Of a DNA stretch of 64,000 nucleotides, positions 1 through 9,817 are shown piece by piece (within the stretch, counting starts at the first letter, position 1; every line of letters starts with the position of its first letter). The notes under the pieces are model-generated. The model saw only the letters and a program-made list of their open reading frames with translations, did not search any database and was not told the DNA's origin. The stretch is from Rebecca billardiae RCC1528 (taxonomy: Eukaryota; Protista; Haptophyta). The stretch is taken from NCBI GenBank assembly GCA_965240325.2, contig OZ251244.1, forward strand, positions 1,178,001 to 1,242,000, written 5' to 3'. Made by a program: the position numbers and the translations under genes.

Positions 1-48
1 GATGACGACGAAGCGGGTGCCATGCCGGATCGTTTGCGGGACGGCGGA

Positions 49-2474
49 CGGCAGCGCTAAATCAGCCCGGGCTGATTTAAGCTTATCTCAGCCCGGGCTG
101 ATTTAAGCCCTTAAATCAGCCCGGGCTGAGATAAGCTCGCGCGGAGCTTATCTCAGCCCGGGCTGATTTAAGGGCTTAAATCAGCCCAGCGGCTCGCGAC
201 TCGGCCACCGTGGACTCGGAGCGCACGTCGCGCGGTGCGGCCCGCCCGCTCCATGGCTGCACGCGCTGCTGTGTCTTCGGTGGCCACAGGGTGAAGTGCG
301 CTGAGTCTAGTGGCGGGCGCCCAGCTCCACCCACCCCCTTCTCCCTGGCCCGCCCCGCCTGCCCTCGCCCGCATCGGATGCCTTCCTCGCGCATGCAACT
401 CCACGGCGGCAACTCGGCTTGTGGACTTGCTGCCCGCATGAGAAGCATGCAGCCAACACCATGGACGCACCATCGACGTTCGCCAGTTGACCATGTCCGC
501 GCGTAGTCGCACGCGGGTGAACACGGCCCGTGCGCTACAGTCGGTTGTGTGCTGTTGCCATTGCACGTTGTTCAAAATGTGCTGAACGTTGCCACCGCGG
601 CCGCCGCGCGCGGGCGTACCGGTGCCAGCGGCACAGGCATGGGCACCGGCGCAGCTCCATGGACGATCATGGCGCTGCGGCTAGTGGGCGCGCCGACGCC
701 GGCACGCCCGCAGCTGTCGGCGCGCACGGCGAGCACGCAAAGCTCGCAGCGCGTGCCGCGGCTCAGGGGCTGGTGCGCACGGACAGCAAGCTAAGGTTGC
801 GGTGTGCGCCGCGGTCCGCACGCACGCAGCGGCCGCCGCATGCGCCACGCGCGCGGTGGCCGCCGCGCGCGCCGCGGTTGCCGCGCGCGCCGTGGCTGCC
901 GCGCGCGCCGCGGCGGACCAGCGCGCCGCGGCCGTGCGCGACGACCGAAGGCTAGTCTGTGGCGGATAGCGAGCGAGCGCGCCGCCGCGGCCAGTGAGCG
1001 CGCAGCGGCCGGCGAGCACGCTCAGCCTCATCGCGCAACTGTCACGTGTTGGCGCCAGGCTTGATGGGCACCTGCGGCGTTGGACCAATGGGCATCTGTG
1101 GCCCGTGCGGTGCGCGCTCGCCGGTTGCGGTGGCGCGCTCGCCAATACCTACGCATGCTGGCGCGGCCTGCTCACCGGTCGCGGTGGCGCAAGCCCCGGC
1201 TGCACCATCCATCCGCGCCGGTTGCGGCGCGCTCACTAGCCGCAGCGGCAAGCTCGCTATCCGCCACAGACTCGCCTTCGGTCGCCGTGCGCGGGGCGGT
1301 CGCGGCGCGTTGGTCGGCCTCGGCGCGCTCGCCAGCCGCGGCGCGCGCGGCAGCCGCGGCGCGCGCAGCAGCCACGGCGCGCTCGCCGGCCGGGCGCGAC
1401 GGCCGAGTTACGCTGTCTGCCGCCGTGGCGCGCTTACCGGCCGCAGCGCGCGTGGCAGCCGCGGCGCAATCGCCAGCCGCGCGGCGCGCGGCAGCCGCGG
1501 CGCGCTCACCGGCCGGGCGCGCTCAGCAGCCGCGGCGCGCTCGCCGGCCGCAGCGCGCTCGCCGGCTGCGGCGCGCAAGACGGCTGCGGCGCGCGCGGCG
1601 GCCGTTGTGTGCACGCGGACCACGGTGCGCGCGGCGACCTTGGCGTGCTCGCCAAGCGCGCCGAAAGCTGCGAGCGCGAGGGCGCCGGTGAGCCCACCAG
1701 CTGCGGCGCCACGACCGTCGACAGTGTATTACTCTGCCGAAGCGCCTGCCACGCTTGAGACGCAGCGAGCCGCACACCACAGCTGTCAGCTGATGGTCCA
1801 AGCTCGGTCATGAACCGGCAGCCGCCGCGCAGAGTAGTGCGCCGCGCGAAGGGACTGTTTCGATCTGACGGGATCGCGATGACTGGCTGATCCAGCGTCG
1901 AGCGTGACCGGCAAGTATGCCAAGCTGGGCAAGCACATGCCGCAACGCGCGAACGGTACAAGGGCAACGCGGTACAAGGGCGACGGCACACGGCAGACAG
2001 GTGCACGTGGGCCGTGGCCACATGCGTGCGATTACACATGACACACATGTACAGTACACGACGTACAAGTACCCGCGACCGTCGATGGTGGAATCGATGG
2101 TGGAACAATGGCGTTGGCTGAGGCCGTTGCATGCGCGAGGAAGGCATCCGATGCGGGCGAGGGCAGGCGGGGCGGGCCAGGGAGAAGGGGGTGGGTGGAG
2201 CTGGGCCCGCCACTAGACTCAGCGCACTTCACCCTGTGGCCACCGAAGACACAGCAGCGCGTGCAGCCATGGAGCGGGCGGGCCGCACCGCGCGACGTGC
2301 GCTCCGAGTCCACGGCGGCCGAGTCGCGAGCCGCTGGGCTGAGATAAGCGCTTATCTCAGCCCGGGCTGAGATAAGCTCGCGCGGAGCTTATCTCAGCCC
2401 GGGCTGATTTAAGGGCTTAAATCAGCCCGGGCTGAGATAAGCTTAAATCAGCCCGGGCTGATTTAGCGCTGCCG
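49..2474. mobile_element. Non-autonomous foldback/Mutator-like (MULE) DNA transposon with ~350-bp TIRs
   Basis: TIRs 49-399 and 2126-2474 are near-identical inverted copies. Exact 9-bp direct repeat GACGGCGGA at 40-48 and 2475-2483 (TSD). No recognisable transposase ORF inside. Confidence 0.88.
58..187. repeat. Array of palindromes (core TCAGCCCGGGCTGA) in left TIR; mirrored at ~2336-2465
   Basis: Four full cores plus a half core per end, with alternating TTTA/GATAA flanks. Perfect 44-bp-arm hairpin at 95-138/144-187. Confidence 0.95.
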
Positions 2475-3452
2475 GACGGCGGATGGCACGCGGACGAATC
2501 ATGCCGACGAATCAGGAAGCTGCGACGACCTACAGTACAAGTTCTTGATTGCTAGACGACCTGGAGACCACCATGCGGCATAGATGACGATCATGCGCAT
2601 CATCAATCGTCATCATTCGGAGTACTACAGCGACGGAATAATAATGATGGTCGTGGTCTGCAGGCAGCCGGAGTCGCCGTGATTGGCGCTGGAGTGGCGG
2701 CGGCGCGGCGGCCACCGCCGCTGCCGGCGCTGCGGCGGGCCGCTCGAGCCGTGCATGGCGCGGGCTCGTGATGCGGCCGCTACGGCGCGCATGCCGAGCG
2801 GGCTGGCGTGGTCCCGGCCGGCAGCTTCTTGATGTTTGGCACGCGCGCCGCCGCCGCACGCCGCACGCCTCGTCACTGGCTAGTGCCAACTGCCGGCGCT
2901 TAACGTCGCCTCCGCCAGCCAGCTCTCTCTCGCCTACTCGCGGCCGCTGTGCACGCTTGCGCCGCTGGCGCCCGGCCGGCCAACCGCAGCCTCGGGAGCA
3001 CCTGGCTCAGCCGACGGCCTGCACGAGTGCGTGCTACCAGTCTGGCGGCAGGGCGGGGGCAGCCGTAGCATGTGAGCACGCGCTACCGTGAACGATGAAG
3101 CTGCTGGCGCGGCTCGAGCGCCGTATACTAGCTAGGCTCCACTCTAGTGCTGCTCACGACTACGTACTGACAATTTACTGCTGCAAGTAGCTGGCGCTGC
3201 TCGGGTCGGCCGCCGCCGCAGTTGCGCAGCGGGCCTCTTCGAGTAGCCTGCAGTAGGATCGCTCTGCGACACCGCCTGAACAGAAATCACAGTGGCACGC
3301 ACAGGGAAGTGGACCCGAGCTCCACGGCACCATTCAAAGTGCACGACTACAGTCAGGCGCAGGGCAGCTTGTAGCCGCATCGGCAGTGCAGTCAGTCGTC
3401 ACCCCAGTCAGTCCACCGATTCGGTGCAAGGCTGGGCGTGTGACTGTGTGAG

Positions 3453-3495
3453 GCGTCATGACGTGACGTCACGTCATGACGTCATGACGTGACGC
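3453..3495. repeat. Cluster of TGACG/CGTCA palindromic repeats (second cluster ~3954-3980)
   Basis: gcgtcatgacgtgacgtcacgtcatgacgtcatgacgtgacg. Confidence 0.7.
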
Positions 3496-4047
3496 GAGGA
3501 ATGGCGTAACGTGACTCCCGGACAGCGCTCTGCCCACGCCTGGCACACCCGGACTCACAGTAGTCGGCCACAGGCGGCTGCGCACGCGCGCGCGCGCGTG
3601 CCGCGTCGGCGCCGCAGCCGCCGGGTGGCGGTGCAGCCCTGGCACCCCAACACCAGCTCGTGGATCCTCCAGCTCCACGGCCACATGGGTGCGAGAGCGG
3701 GAGCCCTCGCCTTTATTGGGCGACGAGCCCACCTGCTCCTCTGTGCGGTCCCGCCAGCCGGAACCCGGCGCACTCCTCTACTGGATGGAAGGGAACCCCC
3801 GGGAAACTCGTCAACCCATATTATTAAAATAATATCAGGCCATGCGATTACACAGAATACATGCGTATAGTGTAACGGACGAAACTGTCCCCGCCAAAAG
3901 ACGTGTTGCTATGACGACGCGTGAATTATTACTATATATACGCGTGTAAAACGCATGACGTCATCATGATGACGTGACGCTAGAAATGATGGGCGTCCCG
4001 ATGACGCGTCATAGCCCATCACATGATCAGTATGATCACTGCATGCA

Positions 4048-4190
4048 GCAGAAATTCGCCAGCATATATATTCGGCGAATTCGCTACGCAGAAATTCGCC
4101 ATATTCGGCGAATTCGGCGAATTCGGCGAATTCGGCGAATTCGGCGAAGAAGCGAAGGCTGAGGCCATTCGGCGAATCTGCCCATCCCTG
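4048..4190. mobile_element. Right end of a hAT-like element with 9-bp (ATTCGGCGA)n subterminal repeats
   Basis: Five tandem TTCGGCGAA units at ~4104-4148 plus dispersed copies. Ends in CCCATCCCTG (CAGGGATG on minus strand, Ac/Ds-like terminus). Left end and TSD not found. Confidence 0.5.
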
Positions 4191-5623
4191 GCCTGCTGCG
4201 CGTATTCGGTCTCGTCAGATGCGTGCTCGGTCTCCGCCAATGAGCCCAATGACCAATCGACATCGTTACCCGCGTCGCTTGCGGCAGCCCCCCCCCCCCC
4301 CTTTGGCCTTTAGCGGTTCTCGAAGCCAACCATCGACGCTTGGACGCCTACGGCCGCGCGAAGCGACGGTGCCGAGCGGGCGCGCGCGCCCGGTACGAGA
4401 GGTAGACTCCCACATCGTGCCTCCACACCCCGCCCGCGCTAGCGCACCCGCCCCTGGCGCTCTTCCCGCTCGTCGGCGGCGCTCGGCACCCGAGCCGAGC
4501 CGAACGCGTGCACAGCGCACGACGCAGCGCGGCGCGACGGGCGCGGCGCGGCGCGCTCGGACTTTTCCCGCCGGGGGCTCCGAGCGTACGGGCCGATGCG
4601 CCCACTCGCGGCGCGCCCCGCGCGCGCCCCGCCAAATGCGCGAGCACACACGAGGCGCGGGTCGAGACGCTGGGGTGCTCGGCGCGGCCGTCAACAGCCC
4701 CCCCCCCCCCCCCCGGCGTTGAGGAGCGTCACCGGTTTCCATTTTCCGGACTCTCCTTGATGCTACGCAAAGCCGCGGGGGCGGCCGTCCCGTCGAAACG
4801 GACGTGCCCCCCCGCGAAAAAATGGCAGGATAGACCGGCTCGCGCGCAGGCCGCCGGGTGCACGTTTGGGCTGATGGCCGTAGTGCTCGTGGCAGCACGC
4901 GCGCGCGCGTGGGCGCCCAACACGGCCTGAGAGTGCGCCGAGCGCATCCGATGAGTACACCGCATACTTATGGGTCTCGTCGGCCTGCCCCGACGGGCGG
5001 TTGGCGGTGTTGAGCCCGCCCGTATCGATGTCGTGATGCCCTCCGTCGTGGGACGACGCAAGCGAGCGCAGGCCCCTCGGGAGCCTCAGCCATGCGGCTG
5101 CACTTAGCACAGCGCGCGATGAGTGCGGCGGCGCCTTCGAGATACGCCGTACGGAGCTTGCCGCCATCCCGAATGACCTCTCGCTCGTGCTTGACGGTGG
5201 TGTTCGCCTGCTTGATCCACTTGTCGTCGTCGTTTAGACGGCGTGCCGGCACTTCTCGGCCTCGGCCATCGACTCAGACACCTTGCGCTGGTCGTTGTCC
5301 ATGTCGCGCGCGTCTGTGAGGTCTCTTCGGGTGCGCATGGTCCTCACGCGCACCGCCTCGCGCGCGAGATCGCGGCATATCACGCCCAAGGTCCTCCTGC
5401 GGCGTGTCCTTGCGCGTGCGCCGGGCGGCGGCGCCATGCTGTTCGAACGGTTGGGCGGGCGCCTCCGGATTCCTGCAGACGACAACCTTAAAACACGTAC
5501 CTAAACTGTAGAGATGATTGTGACGCTACCCCCATACCAAGGGAGGCTCCCTTGCCCATATACAGTTTACAAATTAATTAACGACACTCGAAATAAAGCT
5601 TCATCGACTCATTGAAGCAAGCC

Positions 5624-7330
5624 ATGGTGGTGCGCGGTGCGCTGGCGACCGCCGTGGCGCTAGCCCTGCTTCCGGGGGGGTCAGCAGTACCACATACGGT
5701 GGGCTGGTCGGAGGACGGGCGATTCACACAGGACCTCTCCATGTGCATACGCAACCTAGCAGGCGAGGTGGCGGCGACAGCACTCCAGTGGGGCGACCGA
5801 TGTAGAGGCACAGCGGACAAGATGGCATTGCAGCTGGTCGTGCTCGAGCGCGTACTCGACCCCATGGCGGATGCGCATGGGTACGTGGGCGCTCTCTGGT
5901 GCGCCTTTTACACTGTGCGCATGCGAGACCTGCCCTGGTACTCCGGTTGGCGCGAGGACCTCTGCCCGTATCGCGAGGAACAACTCGCGTGCAGCTGCAA
6001 CGAGTCGCTCGGCGCACGCTGGCCTGAGGCCAGCGGAGTCGAGCGCTCCCAGCGTTCCGCGCGAGGCGACGACGGCGGCATAAGAGCTCTTGGGACGCGC
6101 CGCGTGATGTCATGCGCACTCTGCGCGCGGCTTTACGCTGAGTTTGGCCCACCGCCGTACTCAACTGTGGCGCCGGCGAGCCCAGCGAGCGTGCACAGCG
6201 CTAGAGAACAGATCGAATTGGACCGCATCGAGCGCATGCGCGTGGTGTCGCCAGACAACCCATGGTGGCACGGTTGGGACCTGCACACTTTCGGCATGTG
6301 GGCAGAGCACGACCGGCAGCGGCGAGCGCTTCCTCACGCCAGCGTGCTCGCAGATATCCTCCGCTTTTGCGCCACAAACGGCGAGGAGGTGCATGCGTTC
6401 ATCTGGTCTGTGGGGGCGCATGAGGGCAGGCGCGCACGTGCTGCTTCGAATAATAGCGGCCCCGCCATGGGCGCAGCAAGCTCTCCCTCCGACAGGGAGG
6501 TGCCGCAGGGACAGGCGCAGACAAGCTCAAAGCTGCTGAAGCAGGTGCAAATGTCGATGGAGGAGGAAAGGCTGAAGAAGAAAGGTGGCAGCAGGTGGCA
6601 GTGGTGGCATCGCAGCAAGCCATCCAGCAGCATGCCGCCAACTGCTGTCGTACCGCCTGTGGATGAGCACGCAGCACCCAGCCCCATCGAAGCAGTGCCC
6701 AGCGAGCCGAGGCTCGATCTCGCGTCACGCGATTTTGTCATTCGCGTCGTGTCGCGTGCATACCACACAGTGTGGGAGCAGGCGCCTGAACAAATCGACT
6801 ACGTCCGCCATGCCTTTGGGCACGCGTTCTTCGAGTTCGCCCACGCGGCAAATCCGGACAGTCCGCGTGTTCTCATGGAGGCGCTGCGCCTGTGTGCATC
6901 GAGCTTGCGCTTTCAGGCATGGCCTCGCGACCAGGAATTGCCGCCGGCGAAAGAGGAGAAGGACAGCTGGCGCCTGCTCTGCGAAACAGGTGTCTATCAT
7001 TCTGCCATCAACAGGCTCTCAGCAGCCGCAGTCATGGCAGCAGACTCCAAAGGGCTTGCATCACTCGCGCGACTGCTGTGCGCGTGGCTACCATGGCCAG
7101 CGCAGGAGTCCGCGCGAAACGAGGGCGTGTGCCATGTGGGCTTTGGTACCGACGACGCAGAGGCGCGCATGGCGCTGTACCGTGCAGGTGAGTGCGCTAG
7201 CACGTTTGCGCGGCAGCGCATGCGGCCTGCGCCTTGGGAGAAAGTCCTCCTGGACGCGCAGCGCATTCGCCTCTTTCCCACCTGGCCTGTTCTGATCGAG
7301 CCGGGCATCCCGCCCAGGCCACCTGAGTGA
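5624..7330 (+). CDS. Intronless hypothetical protein (568 aa) with N-terminal signal-peptide-like segment
   Basis: Long uninterrupted ORF with mixed amino-acid composition; MVVRGALATAVALALLPGGSA leader; AT-rich upstream region. No family recognised. Confidence 0.6.
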   Translation: MVVRGALATAVALALLPGGSAVPHTVGWSEDGRFTQDLSMCIRNLAGEVAATALQWGDRCRGTADKMALQLVVLERVLDPMADAHGYVGALWCAFYTVRMRDLPWYSGWREDLCPYREEQLACSCNESLGARWPEASGVERSQRSARGDDGGIRALGTRRVMSCALCARLYAEFGPPPYSTVAPASPASVHSAREQIELDRIERMRVVSPDNPWWHGWDLHTFGMWAEHDRQRRALPHASVLADILRFCATNGEEVHAFIWSVGAHEGRRARAASNNSGPAMGAASSPSDREVPQGQAQTSSKLLKQVQMSMEEERLKKKGGSRWQWWHRSKPSSSMPPTAVVPPVDEHAAPSPIEAVPSEPRLDLASRDFVIRVVSRAYHTVWEQAPEQIDYVRHAFGHAFFEFAHAANPDSPRVLMEALRLCASSLRFQAWPRDQELPPAKEEKDSWRLLCETGVYHSAINRLSAAAVMAADSKGLASLARLLCAWLPWPAQESARNEGVCHVGFGTDDAEARMALYRAGECASTFARQRMRPAPWEKVLLDAQRIRLFPTWPVLIEPGIPPRPPE

Positions 7331-7382
7331 CCCGAGTGACCTAGTAGTAGTACCTACCCGAAACATTTGAGGGCACCTCATT

Positions 7383-7383
7383 A

Positions 7384-7417
<34 letters not shown>

Positions 7418-7449
7418 ATGTATATCAGATATATATATCAGATATATAT
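7383..7449. repeat. (TA)n/(TATG)n microsatellite
   Basis: Direct sequence. Confidence 0.9.
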
Positions 7450-8254
7450 GCGCGGGTCGCCAGCTGACCCCGCGACGTTCGATTCGACTCGGCTCTGCGC
7501 TGGCACGTGCACTCGCGGAGATCAACCACACGCAGCGGGTCCGGGATAGGCACTGGCACCCTCACTTTCTCCAGCCGGCCGCCGGCTGAATCGCCTCGGG
7601 GGGCGATGCAGCAGGTGGACGCCGCTGCACCCATCTGGCCCTTGGCGCTGGCCTCCTCCGTGCCCTTCGCTCCACCCTAGGTGGGGCAGGGGGTGCGGGG
7701 TGTGACGCGCCCGGGGGCCAGGTTGAGGTTCCCCAGCATCAAGCACTGCATCTGCAGCAGCCCGCCGGCGGGCCGGCCGGGCTGCGACATCGACTACCAC
7801 CTCATCTGCTTCATCGCCCAGAGCGCGCTAGGCGGCGCGCTCACTCCCCAAGCCCCTCTTCTGCAGCTGCGCGCCGCTTGGCCGGCGCGCTGCGAGGCGT
7901 ACTACGACCTCATCCTCATCCAGGCGCCCACGCGGGCGCACGGGGGCGACAGCCGCGGCTGCCGCTTGCCGGAGCTGCTCGCCGCTAGGTCGGCGGGCGG
8001 CGACATCGACTACGACCTCACCCTCATCCAAGTGCTCCGGAAGGCGCTCGGCCGCGGCGGCATCTGCCGTCGCCGCCGCGTGCCCCAGGCCGAGGCGGTG
8101 CTCCATCCCGGCCCCGCTCCCGTAGGGGGGCAGGGCTGCGGGTGGCGCACTACTGTCTGACCTGGACGGAAGGCGCGGACGCATTCTATGTGTCTGTTGC
8201 ACTCTGACTCTGAGCCTGACGCTTGTCCGATGCTGCCACGTCGTTAAATATATA
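7450..8254 (+). mobile_element. Interspersed repeat between TA microsatellites, possible non-LTR retroelement 3' end; second 5'-truncated copy at 44289-44779
   Basis: 7787-8254 aligns to 44289-44750 with few substitutions and small indels; both copies end in TA/TAA-rich tails. Confidence 0.65.
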
Positions 8255-8515
8255 TTATAATAATATGGATAACATATATATATATATTATTCCCCAGGTA
8301 TATTATTTGCATTGTTCAGATCATCATCATCAGAGTGGCGGGGACGAGGCTTGCGGCAGTGTCAGCAGGGCCAGGCTCCGCTCGTGCATGCTGCCAACTT
8401 GGTCGCTGGCTGCGATGCGGATGCCGCCGCCGACGGCGAGTTGTCACCGATTACTCGACACCGTCGCACAGCCGGGCAATAATTCTGCCGCTCTGCAGTG
8501 ATGACGACATCATCA

Positions 8516-9394
8516 TCAATATAATGAAGTGGGCGACGACGACACGGCTGCGGCGGGGGGCATCCACTTGGCGGCGGAGGCGCTCGCGCCTCTCTCCAAC
8601 GCATCTGCTCGGACGCCCGCGCCAGCCGCACCGCCAGCCGCTCCGCCGGTCGCCACGTAGGGCTGCACAATGAACGCCGCGTAGATCACAATGGCCGACC
8701 AGCACCACACACTCGACGCCTCGAACGACCAGTCGAGCGCGGCGAGGCAGCCGATGTACGCGAGGAGGTAGAGCGAGACGACCACGCGGATCGCCGCCGG
8801 CCGGGCGAGCACGCAAGTGCTCGTGAGCAGAAGATACGAGAAGGTGTTGGGCAGAAGGTGGCCCGCTGCCATCCGAAACGTCCAGTGCAGGTGACCGTGC
8901 CGGCCGATGTAGGTGCACGTGCGCCGCGAGGCGAAGGAGCGGAAGTGCGAGAGGGCGGCGTCGTGCACCTCCACGCCCGCGCGCTCGCCCAGCCCCAGCG
9001 CGACGAGGCACGCGACGCCCATCGCGACGGCCATCCACTGCGGCGCGAGTAAGCGCTCGCGGTTGCTCGGATCACCGCCGTGCCGGCACGCCCAGATGAA
9101 GGCAAGCGGCTGCCAGTAGATGAGCAGGCCGAGGGCGCGCGTGAGCCGCGCGTTGCGCGCGGTGCAGGTGGCGTGCACGGCCTCCGTGATGGGCGTCAGG
9201 CTGTCCCCTTCCGCCCAGAGCAGCACCTCGAGCAGCTCGATGCTTGCGATACTCACCATCGCCGGAAGCCAATAGCGCTGCGACGCGATGGCGGGCGAGG
9301 CGTGGGCCTGCGTCGCGCAGCGCCACGCGATGAAGGCCAGCGCAATCAGCTCGGCAGAAGCGAAGGCGAGCGAGACTTCCAGCGACCAGCACAT
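8516..9394 (-). CDS. Multi-pass membrane protein, DUF5765-like (MCWS... / SxWCW)
   Basis: 292-aa ORF with ~7 hydrophobic segments; MCWSLEVS start, E-x-x-x-W, QP, GHLHW and ASSVWCW motifs recalled for this family. Confidence 0.7.
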   Translation of the reverse strand: MCWSLEVSLAFASAELIALAFIAWRCATQAHASPAIASQRYWLPAMVSIASIELLEVLLWAEGDSLTPITEAVHATCTARNARLTRALGLLIYWQPLAFIWACRHGGDPSNRERLLAPQWMAVAMGVACLVALGLGERAGVEVHDAALSHFRSFASRRTCTYIGRHGHLHWTFRMAAGHLLPNTFSYLLLTSTCVLARPAAIRVVVSLYLLAYIGCLAALDWSFEASSVWCWSAIVIYAAFIVQPYVATGGAAGGAAGAGVRADALERGASASAAKWMPPAAAVSSSPTSLY

Positions 9395-9526
9395 CCTGAG
9401 CCCATCTGAATGCCCAGGCGCGCTTTGGCAAGATTAGCCGTCCGCCATCGTTGAGTCCGGACTCCACAGTAGACGGTTTCAACTGTATGCAGTATGAGTG
9501 GAACCTCGTACTAGCTGTGTGCATTT

Positions 9527-9560
9527 GCTGTGTGCGTCTCTTATTCTTAGTAAACTGTAC
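9527..9560. repeat. Dispersed ~35-55-bp motif, copy 1 (GCTGTGTGCGTCTCTTATTCTTAGTAAACTGTAC)
   Basis: Also at 26199-26248, 54679-54731 and inverted at 60829-60883. Confidence 0.8.
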
Positions 9561-9817
9561 CGGGTAACTGTGCCGTAACCGGTACGCGGAACCGCGTACC
9601 GGTAACCGGGTTCTGCGACAGGCCCGCAGCGGATATGAATACGTATGGCACTGCTATCGAGTCTAGAACTAGAAGGCTCCCAGCCTTGCCTCTCGGTCTG
9701 TACAGATGTGTGTCCCTGCGTCGGAACTCCGAGTCTGAATCGCGCCACAGGCACGCCTCTGTCAGCGGGCCCGCGCTGCGCCGCGACTGGAGAGTGCCGT
9801 CAGCCTGCCACCCGCGG

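Noticed and set aside
58-187. Regularly spaced palindromic repeats resembling a CRISPR array
   Set aside because: No unique spacers, only short fixed linkers; mirrored at 2336-2465 as part of TIRs; eukaryotic context with no cas genes.
4730-5490. Short coiled-coil-like ORFs on the minus strand
   Set aside because: Fragmented across frames with no recognisable domain.
7330-7350. CTAG after the orphan ORF as a Helitron 3' end
   Set aside because: No convincing subterminal hairpin and no 5' TC end identified.
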